Shown: positions 1-10,272, counted from the stretch's first letter. The stretch is DNA of 64,000 nt from an uncultured Clostridium sp. (GCA_946498245.1 CAMMNN010000002.1:56898-120897), one strand, 5' to 3'. The notes: a model not told the origin generated them from the sequence alone. Numbers and translations are program-made.

Positions 1-193
1 CGCCAGCCACACCATTGCCGTAGATCCGGGAACCATTCCTTACGGCAGCAAGGTACTCATTAACGGCGTTGTCTATACGGCTGAAGACCGTGGCGGCGGC
101 GTAAGAGGAAATCACATTGATATTTTCTACAACACTCACCAGGAAACCAGGGCCGTGGGAACCCAGTATCAGGAGGTTTTCCTTCTGGCTTAA
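1..193 (+). CDS. 3D-domain (lytic-transglycosylase-like) protein, C-terminal fragment; the gene starts upstream of the window
   Basis: Open frame from the window edge (codons from nt 2) to TAA at 191-193. Translation ...VDPGTIPYGSKVLINGVVYTAEDRGGGVRGNHIDIFY... resembles the conserved 3D-domain C-terminus. Confidence 0.6.
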   Translation, partial: ASHTIAVDPGTIPYGSKVLINGVVYTAEDRGGGVRGNHIDIFYNTHQETRAVGTQYQEVFLLA

Positions 194-207
194 CAATCCT
201 GCCATCT

Positions 208-277
208 AAAACGGGACCGCCTGTGATGGGAAGAAATTTCTGTCTTCCTGTCACGGCAGTCCCGTTTTTCTTTTATT
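208..277. terminator. Long imperfect hairpin between convergent genes, likely a bidirectional intrinsic terminator
   Basis: AAAACGGGAC (208-217) pairs with GTCCCGTTTT (259-268), with further imperfect internal pairing. It is followed by TTTTTCTTTTATTTT on the plus strand and by TTTT on the minus strand. Confidence 0.55.
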
Positions 278-1270
278 TTATACTTTGATATATCTCTGAT
301 TTCTGCTGTTCGGTTTATCTGGAAGTGTCATTTTAATAAGATTTAATTGGATAGCAGGCTGCAAATAATTTCTGCGGAATCCCTCTCTGGATTTTAGTTT
401 CAGCTTATCCATCAGGGCTTTACTTGTATATGGAATATCGTACTCCATGATTTCAAGGAGCTTTTTAACAGCCTCGGATACACCTTCATTTTCTTCGTTG
501 AGCTGAAGGGCGATCTCGCCCAAAATCTTATCAATCTGCGACAGCATAAACTCAATAAAAATCGTAGACTCTCCGGCAGTATGGCATTTGGCAATGGCAT
601 TGTAGTATTGGTCCTGAAATTTCTCAATCTGGCTTTCGATTGGAATATATTCAAATATCGGCTTCCATTTAGACAGGATAGCAGTATGCCACAGTCTTGC
701 CATTCTGCCATTGCCATCTGAGAATGGGTGGATAAATACAAACTCATAATGAAATACGCTGCTTAAAATCAACGGGTGGACATCATCTTGCGCCGCTTTC
801 ATCCAGGTAAACAGGTCTTCCATGAGCCCCGGTACAAATCGTGCAGGAGGCGCCATAAAAATACATTCTTCACCGTTAAAAACCCCTTCTTCGCCTAACC
901 GAAACTCCCCTGACTCCTCCACCAGATACTTTGTCATAATCCTGTGGAAGCTTTTTAGGTCCTGGATATTATATGGATCAATTTCCGAAAGCCTTTCATA
1001 AGCGGCATAAGCATTTTTTACTTCCTGGATTTCTTTTTGCTCGCCCAAAACCATTTTGCCATTAATGACATCCCTGACCTGTCCCAAAGACAGTGAGTTG
1101 GCTTCAATCTTCAATGAGGAATGGATCGATTTAATCCTGTTATTTTTTCTCAAATGCGGCTTGGCTTCAAGATTTCCGGCAGCGGTGATTCGTCCGATTT
1201 TTTCAGAAACAGACGCCACACAGGACAGTATTTCATTGGTTATTGTAAAAGGTGGGTTATATTCTCCCAT
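278..1270 (-). CDS. Fic family protein (AMPylase/adenylyltransferase type)
   Basis: 330-aa ORF with the canonical Fic motif HPFSDGNGRMARLW. The upstream segment SSLKIEAN resembles the [ST]xxxE[GN] auto-inhibitory helix. Visibly AT-richer than its neighbours. Confidence 0.9.
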   Translation of the reverse strand: MGEYNPPFTITNEILSCVASVSEKIGRITAAGNLEAKPHLRKNNRIKSIHSSLKIEANSLSLGQVRDVINGKMVLGEQKEIQEVKNAYAAYERLSEIDPYNIQDLKSFHRIMTKYLVEESGEFRLGEEGVFNGEECIFMAPPARFVPGLMEDLFTWMKAAQDDVHPLILSSVFHYEFVFIHPFSDGNGRMARLWHTAILSKWKPIFEYIPIESQIEKFQDQYYNAIAKCHTAGESTIFIEFMLSQIDKILGEIALQLNEENEGVSEAVKKLLEIMEYDIPYTSKALMDKLKLKSREGFRRNYLQPAIQLNLIKMTLPDKPNSRNQRYIKV

Positions 1271-1285
1271 AAATGCGCCTCCGTG

Positions 1286-1314
1286 ATCTTGCGTATTATC
1301 TTGCGTACTATCTT
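1286..1314 (-). repeat. Tandem 12-bp repeat (about 2.4 copies) in the Fic leader
   Basis: ATCTTGCGTATT / ATCTTGCGTACT / ATCTT read directly, between the predicted -10 and the SD (GGAGG) of the Fic gene. Confidence 0.8.
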
Positions 1315-1319
1315 CCTCA

Positions 1320-1349
1320 ATTATACCAAGTACCGAAGCAAAATTTCAA
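1320..1349 (-). promoter_or_regulatory. Sigma-A type promoter for the Fic gene
   Basis: On the minus strand: TTGAAA (1349-1344), 18-nt spacer, extended -10 TGgTATAAT (TATAAT = 1325-1320). Confidence 0.5.
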
Positions 1350-1363
1350 TTCTCTATCTTTTT

Positions 1364-2560
1364 CTAAAGCTCTTGGTCCAGCAGAAATTCGCTGAGCACA
1401 TAGTTGCTGACGTCAATTCCCCAGTCTGTCAGCATCAGACGGCTTCCTTCCTCTCTCAAAAGCCCATTGGCAATGAGGGTATCGATTTTGTCTCCGTAAA
1501 CGCTTCGTATCTTAACCCCGAACTGTCCGGTAAAGTCAATATCGGAAACTCCCCGGGTCATTCTCAGCCCCAGGAACATAAACTCCTCCATTCGGGAGCT
1601 GCGGGTCTGCTCCTGGACGTCCTGGTACAACTTAACGAGGCCATCTTTCATAAAGTCCAGTTCCAGGTAGGTCTTTAAGTCCCTTTCATTGGAAAAGCGG
1701 ACCCCTTTGTAGCAGGAAGACGCCCCCAGGCCCAGGCCCAGATACTCTATTCCGGTCCAGTAGCCTATATTGTGGCGGCATTCAAAGCCCGGTTTGGCGT
1801 AATTGGAGATCTCATAGCGGTTATAGCCCTGTTCTTCCAGAAAATCCTTTGTAATCTGGTACATTTTCCGTTCTGTGTCTTCATCAGGAAGAGGGGGCCA
1901 CGGCCCGCCGCCGCAGCCCGCCGCCTTTTGGCCGTACCGTTCCCAAAAAGGCGTATTTTCCTCAATTATCAGGCTGTAGGCGGAGATATGCTCCGGCTTT
2001 AACATAGCGACTTTTTTCAGAGTATTTTTCCAGGATTCCAAAGTCTGTCCCGGAAGGGCGGACATGAGATCCACGTTAATGCTCCAAAAACCCGCCTGCC
2101 TGGCTCTCTCAAAGCTTTTTAAGAACTCCTCAAAGCTGTGGATCCGCCCCAGAGCCTTTAACTCTCCGTTATCCGCCGACTGAAGCCCCAGGCTGATGCG
2201 GTTAATCCCGCAGCCCCGGTAAATGTCCAGCTTTTGAGGCGTCAGTGTGCCGGGATTGGCTTCAATGGTAATTTCGGCGTCAGGGGCCACGTCAAAGTAC
2301 AGGCGAATGGTTTCCACTATGGCCCGAATGAGTCCCCCTTCCAGAATAGAGGGGGTTCCGCCGCCGATAAAAATAGTAGTCACCTGACTGCCCTCCGCCG
2401 TAATGCTGGCGGCCTGGATTTCTTCTAAAAGCTGCCTTACATAGTCTTCCTGAACTGTCGCCAGGGTCCGAAAAGATAGGAAATCGCAGTACAGGCATTT
2501 TCTGGCGCAAAACGGAATGTGTACGTATAGTTCCAGTTTCTTCTTGTTGTTATTCATCAT
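1364..2560 (-). CDS. hemW: Radical SAM HemN/HemW family protein (heme chaperone / coproporphyrinogen III oxidase-like)
   Basis: 398-aa ORF with the N-terminal CxxxCxxC cluster motif ([13 protein letters not shown]). Lies immediately downstream of lepA, overlapping it by 11 nt; lepA-hemN adjacency is conserved in B. subtilis. Confidence 0.9.
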   Translation of the reverse strand: MMNNNKKKLELYVHIPFCARKCLYCDFLSFRTLATVQEDYVRQLLEEIQAASITAEGSQVTTIFIGGGTPSILEGGLIRAIVETIRLYFDVAPDAEITIEANPGTLTPQKLDIYRGCGINRISLGLQSADNGELKALGRIHSFEEFLKSFERARQAGFWSINVDLMSALPGQTLESWKNTLKKVAMLKPEHISAYSLIIEENTPFWERYGQKAAGCGGGPWPPLPDEDTERKMYQITKDFLEEQGYNRYEISNYAKPGFECRHNIGYWTGIEYLGLGLGASSCYKGVRFSNERDLKTYLELDFMKDGLVKLYQDVQEQTRSSRMEEFMFLGLRMTRGVSDIDFTGQFGVKIRSVYGDKIDTLIANGLLREEGSRLMLTDWGIDVSNYVLSEFLLDQEL

Positions 2561-4367
2561 CTAATTTCAATACGCTCATAAAGGCCTTCTGGGGAATTTC
2601 CACATTGCCGATCTGGCGCATTCTCTTCTTTCCTTCCTTCTGCTTTTCCAGAAGCTTTCTCTTTCGGCTGATGTCGCCGCCGTAGCATTTTGCCAAAACG
2701 TCTTTTCTCATAGCCTTGACGGTTTCTCTGGCAATGATTTTGCCCCCCACTGCCGCCTGAATGGGAATCTCAAAGAGGTGTCTGGGAATCTCTTCCTTCA
2801 GCTTCTCGCACATCTTGCGGCCTCTCTCGTAAGCGGAGCCTGCAAATACAATAAAGGACAGGGCGTCTACCTCTTCCCGGTTGACCAGTATGTCCAGCTT
2901 TACCAGCTCAGAGCGCTCATAACCCTTCAGCTCGTAGTCAAAGGAAGCGTAGCCTCTGGAGCGGGATTTTAAGGCGTCAAAGAAATCGTAAATAATCTCG
3001 TTTAAAGGCAGATCGTATTTTAAAAGCGCCCTGGTTCCCTCAATGTATTCCATACCCAGGTAAACGCCCCGGCGTTCCTGGCAGAGCTGCATAATGGCTC
3101 CTACGTATTCGGAAGTCACCATGATTTCTGCAGAAACAATGGGTTCCTCCATGTACTCAATCTCGGAAGGATCCGGAAGGTTGGAGGGATTGGTCAGTTC
3201 TATCATTTCGCCGTTGGTTTTGTGGACCCGGTAGATAACGCCGGGAGCCGTGGTAACCAGATCCAGGTTGTATTCTCTTTCCAGCCGCTCCTCAATAATA
3301 TCCAGATGCAGCAGGCCCAAAAATCCGCAGCGGAAGCCAAATCCAAGAGCCAGAGAGGTTTCCGGCTCAAAATAAAGGGAAGCGTCGTTTAACTGAAGCT
3401 TTTCCAGGGCGTCCCTGAGATCCGGGTATTTGGCGCTGTCCGCCGGATACATACCGCAGTAAACCATAGGCGTGACTTTCTTATAGCCGGGAAGGGGCTC
3501 GGCGCAGGGATTGTTTTTGTCCGTAATGGTGTCGCCTACCATGGTTTCTTTTAAGTTTTTAATACTGGCCGTAATGTAACCTACCATTCCCGCTGAAAGC
3601 TCTTCGCAGGGGATAAACTGGCCGGCTCCGAAATACCCTACCTCTACCACTTCTTCCTCTGCCTGGGTAGCCATCATTTTGATTACGGTCCCCTTTTTCA
3701 CCGTTCCTTCCTTAACCCGGCAGAAAACGATAACTCCGCGATAGGAATCGTATACGGAATCGAAAATCAGCGCTTTTAAGGGGGCGTCGGCGTCGCCTTC
3801 CGGCGCCGGTATCTTATGGACAATGGCTTCCAGGACGTCGTCTACATTTAATCCGGTTTTAGCGGAAATTCTGGGAGCGTCGTGGGCCTCAATGCCAATG
3901 ACATCTTCGATTTCCGCCGCTACGTGATCCGGATCCGCGCTGGGAAGATCGATCTTATTAATTACCGGAAACACATCCAGATCGTGATCCAGGGCCAAAT
4001 ATACGTTGGCCAGGGTCTGGGCTTCGATGCCCTGGGCGGCATCCACCACTAAAATGGCCCCGTCACAGGCTGCCAGACTTCTGGAAACTTCATAATTAAA
4101 GTCCACGTGGCCTGGGGTATCAATGAGGTTAAAAATATACTCTTCCCCGTCTTTTGCTTTGTAAACGGTACGGACAGCCTGGGCCTTTATGGTAATGCCC
4201 CGCTCTCTTTCCAGATCCATATTGTCCAGTACCTGGGCCTGCATCTCCCGGCTGGTCAGAAGGCCGGTTCTCTCTATGATCCGGTCGGCCAGAGTGGACT
4301 TTCCGTGGTCAATGTGAGCAATAATACAAAAATTGCGGATTTTGCTTTGGTCTATTGTAGTCGCCAT
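2550..4367 (-). CDS. lepA: Translation elongation factor 4 (LepA)
   Basis: 605-aa ORF with GTPase motifs [14 protein letters not shown] and NKID. Full-length EF4 architecture. Confidence 0.97.
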   Translation of the reverse strand: MATTIDQSKIRNFCIIAHIDHGKSTLADRIIERTGLLTSREMQAQVLDNMDLERERGITIKAQAVRTVYKAKDGEEYIFNLIDTPGHVDFNYEVSRSLAACDGAILVVDAAQGIEAQTLANVYLALDHDLDVFPVINKIDLPSADPDHVAAEIEDVIGIEAHDAPRISAKTGLNVDDVLEAIVHKIPAPEGDADAPLKALIFDSVYDSYRGVIVFCRVKEGTVKKGTVIKMMATQAEEEVVEVGYFGAGQFIPCEELSAGMVGYITASIKNLKETMVGDTITDKNNPCAEPLPGYKKVTPMVYCGMYPADSAKYPDLRDALEKLQLNDASLYFEPETSLALGFGFRCGFLGLLHLDIIEERLEREYNLDLVTTAPGVIYRVHKTNGEMIELTNPSNLPDPSEIEYMEEPIVSAEIMVTSEYVGAIMQLCQERRGVYLGMEYIEGTRALLKYDLPLNEIIYDFFDALKSRSRGYASFDYELKGYERSELVKLDILVNREEVDALSFIVFAGSAYERGRKMCEKLKEEIPRHLFEIPIQAAVGGKIIARETVKAMRKDVLAKCYGGDISRKRKLLEKQKEGKKRMRQIGNVEIPQKAFMSVLKLDDE

Positions 4368-4451
4368 ATAAGGTTCCTTTCTAAACAGTTCTCCTTTTTC
4401 GCTGCCGGAATCCGGGGATTTTCTCCTTCCCGGATCCGGATTTCTTAAAAA

Positions 4452-4480
4452 AATATAGCATTTTTTTAAATTCCTTGCAA
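4452..4480 (-). promoter_or_regulatory. Sigma-A type promoter upstream of lepA
   Basis: On the minus strand: TTGCAA (4480-4475), 17-nt spacer, TATATT (4457-4452). Confidence 0.5.
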
Positions 4481-4502
4481 CTGTCTCTGTTAAAGTTATT
4501 TC

Positions 4503-5801
4503 CTATTTCCCTTCCAGTACCATACTCAGGATTTCCGCCAGAGGTTCCATGGCGTTTCTTGCCTCCTCATAGGTGTTGGTCTGGGCTCCCACTTCCACCA
4601 AAACCGACCTGGGCCTGAGATGGAGATTGTAGCGAAGGCCTTTTAAATAGATTTTCCGGGTATACCCCGGGTACCACGCCGCCGCTTTTAGCTGAAGCTG
4701 GAAGCTGAATGCCAGATTGTCGTCCCGGTAAGGATTGGGAAGGTACTCCACCGGCCCCTCAGGAGTCTGGCTCAGTCCGTTAAAGAGCATAATTTGTGCC
4801 GTGGGCTTTCCATTGACCTCGGAAACCAGATGGACATTCTCTCCTACCCCGTCCCGGTGAATGTCCAGGATTACCTGAATAGAGGGGTTTTCCTGAAGAA
4901 TCCCGGAAATTCCTTCTAAAGCATAGGTATAGGCTTTATTGCGATCCAGCTCCCCGTCCCTCAGATCGTATACGCTTCTGTCGTGAAGAACGCCGAAGCC
5001 TTTGGCCTCCAAAAGCTCCGCCAGATAATCCCCTATGGCCACCACATTTTCTCCCGGTTCGGAATCTGCAAAAGCTTCCTGGGAATGGGTATGGTAAATC
5101 AGAATCTGGGGCTCAGAGCTGTCTTTTTCCAGAGTGAAATCCTTTTCCAGCATAGAGGCGGCATTCATCATGTCCCGGCCTGCAGTGGTTGACGTATGGA
5201 CGCTGTAGAAGGTCTTCATGAGAAAATCGTAATCCGCTAGCTGGGCCAGACTGTAGACTGTGCCGGGAACATTTTCCGTACCGGAAGCCGGCTGGGCCCA
5301 TTCTCCTTCCAAAATTTCTGTCCCGAAATCCTCTTCCCCTCCCTGAACGGCTTCATTTTCCCCGGAGTCTGTTCCCTCCCACCCGCTGTATTCCAACAAA
5401 TAGGCGTGATCTATGTAAAATTCCCGCTCCGCCAGATACTTCCGGTAAGCCGGATCCGGTTCTTCCCAGCCGACGCTTTCTTCGTCTTTTTCCTCATACC
5501 GGTACCAGGGATTAAGGCTCTCTAAAAAAGCCGGAAAGGAATCCCTTTCTTCCCGATTCTCCGGCTCATTGGGACGGCTAATCTTTCGGTTCCAGAAAAA
5601 TTCCACCCATTTTCCCGCCAGCTCACGGCCTTCTTCCGTCCAGGTGTTCCCCTGGTTCTCCCATTGGATTCTCCACAGCAGGAACTGATCCTTTCCTCTG
5701 ACAAAGCAAAAGGAGAGAACCAGGATCCCCAAAGCCGCCGCTGCCGCCCCATGTTTATATTTTCCAAAGGCTTTTCCGCCATATCTATGTTTCCCATTCA
5801 T
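4503..5801 (-). CDS. spoIIP: Stage II sporulation protein P (SpoIIP)
   Basis: 432-aa ORF with an N-terminal hydrophobic anchor and a C-terminal SpoIIP amidase-like region (ILIYHTHSQEAF ... LDIHRDG). gpr-spoIIP-lepA order is conserved. Confidence 0.85.
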   Translation of the reverse strand: MNGKHRYGGKAFGKYKHGAAAAALGILVLSFCFVRGKDQFLLWRIQWENQGNTWTEEGRELAGKWVEFFWNRKISRPNEPENREERDSFPAFLESLNPWYRYEEKDEESVGWEEPDPAYRKYLAEREFYIDHAYLLEYSGWEGTDSGENEAVQGGEEDFGTEILEGEWAQPASGTENVPGTVYSLAQLADYDFLMKTFYSVHTSTTAGRDMMNAASMLEKDFTLEKDSSEPQILIYHTHSQEAFADSEPGENVVAIGDYLAELLEAKGFGVLHDRSVYDLRDGELDRNKAYTYALEGISGILQENPSIQVILDIHRDGVGENVHLVSEVNGKPTAQIMLFNGLSQTPEGPVEYLPNPYRDDNLAFSFQLQLKAAAWYPGYTRKIYLKGLRYNLHLRPRSVLVEVGAQTNTYEEARNAMEPLAEILSMVLEGK

Positions 5802-5871
5802 TGCATCACCCGACCTTCTATCATGGTATGCAGCGGACAGGGCAAAATGAACCTGGCCGCCCCATGAAGGT

Positions 5872-6888
5872 TCAGGATAAAAATGCCTGGTGAATGGCTT
5901 CGGAAATGGTAAAGCTAATGGATTTCACCGTTTCGTCAATATCCGGCGGCGTCACGTACAGAGGCCCGAACTCCGGTTCCAGCAGTTCCCGGATCAGCCG
6001 GTACTGCTCATCTTCTTCCAGGCTTTCCAGGTATTTTCCCATTCCCTTTGTGGCTCCGCCCTTTTCCAAAGCCTGAACCATGGCCCGGACCGTATCCTGC
6101 ACAATGGCCGCCGCCCCCACCACAGTAGGCACGCCTACGGCCAGAACCGGGATCCCAAGGCTCTCCCGGGTCAGCCCCCGCCGGTGATTTCCCACTCCAG
6201 AACCGGGGTGGATCCCTGTGTCCGTAAGCTGTATGGTGGTTCCCAGCCGCCGGACGCTTCTGGCTGCCAGGGCGTCAATGGCAATCATCAGATCCGGCTT
6301 TGTCTGGCTGATAATCCCCCTGACAATCTCCGCCGTTTCCATTCCCGTCTGAGCCATGACCCCTGGTACAATGCCGCTGATGGAGATCAGTCCCCGTTCT
6401 TTTAAAAACCCTTTTCCATACTCCAGTTCCAGATGTCTGGTGACGTTAAGGTTTCCCAGTACCCTGGGCCCCAGGGAATCCGGCGTCACGGAAGGATTTC
6501 CAAGGCCTACTGCCAAAATGCGGCGGACCTCTTTTTTAGAGGCTCTTGCCAGCAGCCTAAGCTGTTCCGCCAGCTCAGAACATACCTGGCTGTGGTAGTC
6601 CTTGTCTTTTTTTGCCATCTGTCCGGCTTCCAGGGTAATGTAAGTTCCTATGGCCTTTCCCATAGCCCGCTCTCCCGCTTCGTTAAGGATCTCTACTCTG
6701 GTCAGCTTTACCCCGCTGTCCTTTTTCTGCCACTCTTTTAAAGACACGCCGGAAACCTGCTCTGCTTTTTCCTCAAAATCCTCCCGGCGTTCCAACGCCA
6801 GATCCGTCCGTACCTCAAACCGCTGTCCCTGGGGAACGGATTCCCCGCCGGAAATCTGCTCCCATTTTGTATCGTCCTTCTCTGCCAT
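5872..6888 (-). CDS. gpr: Germination protease GPR (spore endopeptidase)
   Basis: 338-aa ORF with the N-terminal VRTDLALE motif and GPR family layout. Divergent from rpsT as in B. subtilis. Confidence 0.9.
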   Translation of the reverse strand: MAEKDDTKWEQISGGESVPQGQRFEVRTDLALERREDFEEKAEQVSGVSLKEWQKKDSGVKLTRVEILNEAGERAMGKAIGTYITLEAGQMAKKDKDYHSQVCSELAEQLRLLARASKKEVRRILAVGLGNPSVTPDSLGPRVLGNLNVTRHLELEYGKGFLKERGLISISGIVPGVMAQTGMETAEIVRGIISQTKPDLMIAIDALAARSVRRLGTTIQLTDTGIHPGSGVGNHRRGLTRESLGIPVLAVGVPTVVGAAAIVQDTVRAMVQALEKGGATKGMGKYLESLEEDEQYRLIRELLEPEFGPLYVTPPDIDETVKSISFTISEAIHQAFLS

Positions 6889-6953
6889 TTTCCCTGCTTC
6901 TCCTTCCTAAAATCGCTGTTATTCAGTTTTCGCAAAAAACCGGGAAATATGTA

Positions 6954-6982
6954 TTGACAATCCCGGCTGAAAACGTTAAAAT
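6954..6982 (+). promoter_or_regulatory. Consensus sigma-A promoter of rpsT
   Basis: TTGACA (6954-6959), exact 17-nt spacer, TAAAAT (6977-6982), about 80 nt upstream of the rpsT ATG. Confidence 0.75.
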
Positions 6983-7064
6983 ACAAAAGTATGTTTACAT
7001 TGAACTGTCCGTGTCCAGACTTTGATGGAAAACACAGAGAATATATGGGAATGGAGGTGCTACC

Positions 7065-7328
7065 ATGGCAAATATTAAATCCGCTAAGAAAAGAATTTTA
7101 GTAAATCAGACCAAGGCTGCTAGAAATAAGGCTATCAGATCCAAGGTTAAGACGATGGTTAAGAAAGTAGAGGCTGCTATCGCCGCCGGTGACAAGGCTG
7201 CTGCACAGGCTGCGTTATTAGCTGCTATTTCTGAGATCGACAAGGCTACCAACAAGGGCGTATATCACAAGAATACCGCTTCCCGTAAGGTATCCCGTCT
7301 TTCCAAGGCTGTAAACGCTATGGCTTAA
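7065..7328 (+). CDS. rpsT: 30S ribosomal protein S20
   Basis: 87-aa basic ORF MANIKSAKKRILVNQTK..., preceded by SD GGAGGTG. Confidence 0.97.
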   Translation: MANIKSAKKRILVNQTKAARNKAIRSKVKTMVKKVEAAIAAGDKAAAQAALLAAISEIDKATNKGVYHKNTASRKVSRLSKAVNAMA

Positions 7329-7362
7329 TTCATATAAGATCGGAACGATTCCAAAAAATGAA

Positions 7363-7394
7363 CCTCGCCGGACTAACCCACCGGCGGGGTTTTT
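7363..7394 (+). terminator. Rho-independent terminator of rpsT
   Basis: CCTCGCCGG (7363-7371), 9-nt loop, CCGGCGGGG (7381-7389), then TTTTT (7390-7394). Confidence 0.8.
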
Positions 7395-7438
7395 GCATAT
7401 CCTATACCAAATCTCTTATTCATAAAAAGGGCAACCTT

Positions 7439-7933
7439 ATGGATCAATCACCTACTCCAAGACTTACCTTTTTGCAGCTATTAGACAATAACAGACCCCA
7501 GGCTGTGGCATGGGTGAAAGGCGGCGCTCAGGCTCCCAGGCTCAGCGGCATGGTAAAGTTTTTTGAAACTCCTTACGGCGGCGTCCTCATAGAAGCGGAA
7601 ATCTTTGGCCTTCCCAATATTTCCCAGTCCGGTTCTGCTGACTTTTACGCCATGCACATTCACGAAACGGGCGACTGCTCCGACAATTTCATGAAAACCG
7701 GGGACCACTATAATCCCGATTCCCTTCCTCACCCACAACACGCCGGGGATCTGATGCCTCTTATGGGGAATCAGGGCTACGCCTGGAGCGCTTTTTATGA
7801 CAAGCGGTTCCGCATCAAAGACATTTTAGGCCGCTCCGTCATTATTCACGCCAAAGCCGATGACTTTACCACCCAGCCTTCCGGTAATTCCGGCGAAAAA
7901 ATCGCCTGCGGCGTTATCCGAAAGGACGGGTAA
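7439..7933 (+). CDS. sodC: Cu/Zn superoxide dismutase family protein with no recognisable signal peptide
   Basis: Metal ligands are conserved: MHIHETGDC (H-x-H), GDHYNP, PHPQHAGDL, IIHAKADD. Start placed at ATG 7439 because the longer ORF (7358) runs through the rpsT terminator. Confidence 0.85.
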   Translation: MDQSPTPRLTFLQLLDNNRPQAVAWVKGGAQAPRLSGMVKFFETPYGGVLIEAEIFGLPNISQSGSADFYAMHIHETGDCSDNFMKTGDHYNPDSLPHPQHAGDLMPLMGNQGYAWSAFYDKRFRIKDILGRSVIIHAKADDFTTQPSGNSGEKIACGVIRKDG

Positions 7934-8021
7934 ATGCCTTTTTCCCGCAAAATTCCGGAAGTCCTTTTGTCTCCATCATAAATTCATAATTCTGTGCTAT
8001 ACTTTCAGAGGGTGATTGCTT

Positions 8022-8690
8022 ATGAAAACGATTTTAATTGCAGAAGATGAACCGGATATTCAGGAGCTTCTCTCTGCTTACCTTAGAGACGCCGGGTATC
8101 AAACCGCAGCGGCCGGGGACGGCGCAGCCGCCCTGGCCTTGTTTCAGTCCCGGCCCTTTGACCTGGTTTTGCTGGATATTATGCTGCCTAAAATCGACGG
8201 CTTCGGCGTATGTGAGGCCATTCGCCGTCAGTCCCAGGTGCCCGTTTTGATGCTGACTGCTTTAGACGGGGAAGAATGGCAGCTTCGCGGATTCCGTCTG
8301 GACATTGACGATTACGTCACCAAACCCTTTTCCATGGCCGTCCTTCTTGAAAAAATCCGGGTGATTCTCCGCAGAAGGGCGGGGACTGAGGAAGAAAGCT
8401 GTCTTTATTACCGGGATCTCATCCTGAAAACAGAGTCCAGGGAGGCCCTTTTAAATGGCCGCAGCCTGGATTTGACCGCCCGGGAATTTGACCTTCTTGC
8501 TGCCTTTCTGGCATCTCCCGGCCGGGTATTTACCAGGGAAATGCTGTTAGCCAAGCTGTGGGGCTACGATTTTTACGGAGATGAACGCATTGTGGACAGC
8601 CACATTAAAAATCTCCGGCGGAAACTGGAACGGGACTACATTGAAACGGTAAGGGGGGTGGGCTACCGTGCTGCGAAAGAAACTCCGTGA
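8022..8690 (+). CDS. OmpR/PhoB-type response regulator
   Basis: Receiver domain (ILIAEDEP ... LLDIMLPKIDG ... TKPF) plus a winged-helix C-terminus (VRGVGYR). ATG 8022 has the SD AGAGGGTG upstream. Confidence 0.92.
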   Translation: MKTILIAEDEPDIQELLSAYLRDAGYQTAAAGDGAAALALFQSRPFDLVLLDIMLPKIDGFGVCEAIRRQSQVPVLMLTALDGEEWQLRGFRLDIDDYVTKPFSMAVLLEKIRVILRRRAGTEEESCLYYRDLILKTESREALLNGRSLDLTAREFDLLAAFLASPGRVFTREMLLAKLWGYDFYGDERIVDSHIKNLRRKLERDYIETVRGVGYRAAKETP

Positions 8691-10173
8691 AAGCCTTACT
8701 GTACGTATTTTCTTCATCACACTTTTTATTCTGCTCTGCGCCGGAGGCGTAATCCTGGGCCTTATGGCTCTGGCTGCTCCTACTGTTTACACGGCCATTG
8801 TAAGCGGCGATCTGGATCTTCAGGCAAAATCCCTGGCGGCCCAACTGGCCCATACGGATTTTGAGGACTGCGGCCCTGTGATAGATGAATTTATACGCTC
8901 TTCAGGAGCCGACGCACTGCTCATCGGAAGGGACGGAAATGCCGTGGACACAGGCTCCCGCCTTTCCCTGGAACCGGAATATGGCTGCGTCCTGAAAGGG
9001 GAGGATTTTCCCCTGCAGGAAAGCGGGATTCAGCCCGACTCCTTCGTCTTCCAGGAAGGGGAGGCGGGAAGTGGAAATTCCATCATAACCGTTACCATGT
9101 CTTATGAAAATGCCATTGTGACGGATGTTCGCTTTGCCAACCGTGACGAGGCGTATTCCCTGTATGTGATTCCCCGGATCAAAGAGGAGAATCTGGCGGT
9201 ACGGGCACTGGTTCAAATGGCTCCGTGGCTCCTCTTTGCCCTTCTGGCCTTCTCTGTGCTGTGTGCCCTGGTCTACTCCCGCTATATTACCCGCCCCATC
9301 CTCCGTCTCAACGCCATTGCCAGAAAAATGGCGGAGCTGGATTTCCATTGGGAATGCGGACGGCAGCGCAAAGACGAAATCGGAACTTTAGGCCAAAGCC
9401 TGGACCAAATGGCCCGACGCCTTTCCACTGCTTTAAAGGATCTGGAAGAGGCAAACCGCGGCCTGCAGCGGGAAGTGGAACGGGAACGGGAGCTGGAACG
9501 CCAGCGGACAGCCTTTTTCTCCGCTGCCTCTCATGAACTGAAAACTCCCGTCACCATCTTAAAGGGACAACTGGCGGGAATGTTGGAGGGCGTAGACATT
9601 TACAAAGATCGGGACAAGTATCTGCTGCGCTCTCTCCAGGTTACAGGCCGCATGGAAAAGCTTATTCAGGAAATGCTGACCATCTCCCGCATGGAATCGG
9701 GAACGGCTGCCCTTCGGCGGGAGCCTGTGGATCTGTCCGGCCTTTTAGAAGGGATTCTGGTCCTGGACTCAGAGCTTATAATCCAGCGCGGCCAGCATCT
9801 GGTATCCCAATTAGCGCCCAATCTTGCGGTGACAGGAGATCCTTCTCTCCTGAGAAAAGCTATAGAAAATCTTCTCTCCAACGCCTCACTTTACTCTCCC
9901 CAAGGTGCTGTGATCCGTGTCTGGTGCGGCAGCGTACAGGGCCGCCCCTGCCTTACAGTAGAAAACAGTCCGGCCCACATCGGCGCAGATGCCCTGCCCC
10001 ATATCTTTGAAGCCTTTTACCGGGCGGAAGGATCCCGCAGCCGGGAAACCGGCGGCAGCGGCCTGGGACTTTACCTGGCAAAAATGATTTTGGAGCGCCA
10101 TAACGCTTCCTGTACCATAGAAAACACCGAAGACGGAGTGCGGGCCGCTGTTCTTTTTCCCCTTAATAGCTGA
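8668..10173 (+). CDS. Sensor histidine kinase with two TM segments and an extracytoplasmic loop of about 150 aa
   Basis: H-box FFSAASHELKTP and HATPase motifs (ENLLSNA, GGSGLGLYLAK). GTG start overlaps the regulator's 3' end. Confidence 0.9.
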   Translation: MLRKKLRESLTVRIFFITLFILLCAGGVILGLMALAAPTVYTAIVSGDLDLQAKSLAAQLAHTDFEDCGPVIDEFIRSSGADALLIGRDGNAVDTGSRLSLEPEYGCVLKGEDFPLQESGIQPDSFVFQEGEAGSGNSIITVTMSYENAIVTDVRFANRDEAYSLYVIPRIKEENLAVRALVQMAPWLLFALLAFSVLCALVYSRYITRPILRLNAIARKMAELDFHWECGRQRKDEIGTLGQSLDQMARRLSTALKDLEEANRGLQREVERERELERQRTAFFSAASHELKTPVTILKGQLAGMLEGVDIYKDRDKYLLRSLQVTGRMEKLIQEMLTISRMESGTAALRREPVDLSGLLEGILVLDSELIIQRGQHLVSQLAPNLAVTGDPSLLRKAIENLLSNASLYSPQGAVIRVWCGSVQGRPCLTVENSPAHIGADALPHIFEAFYRAEGSRSRETGGSGLGLYLAKMILERHNASCTIENTEDGVRAAVLFPLNS

Positions 10174-10272
10174 ATCCGCCCCCTCTCCATAAAAAACACA
10201 TATTATATTCAAATTCACTCCATATAATGCCGGTATCCTGATTCTAGTTTACACAGAAAGGAACCGGATACT

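Noticed and set aside
7358-7438. Longer start for the Cu/Zn SOD ORF
   Set aside because: It would begin inside the rpsT terminator hairpin, so ATG 7439 is preferred.
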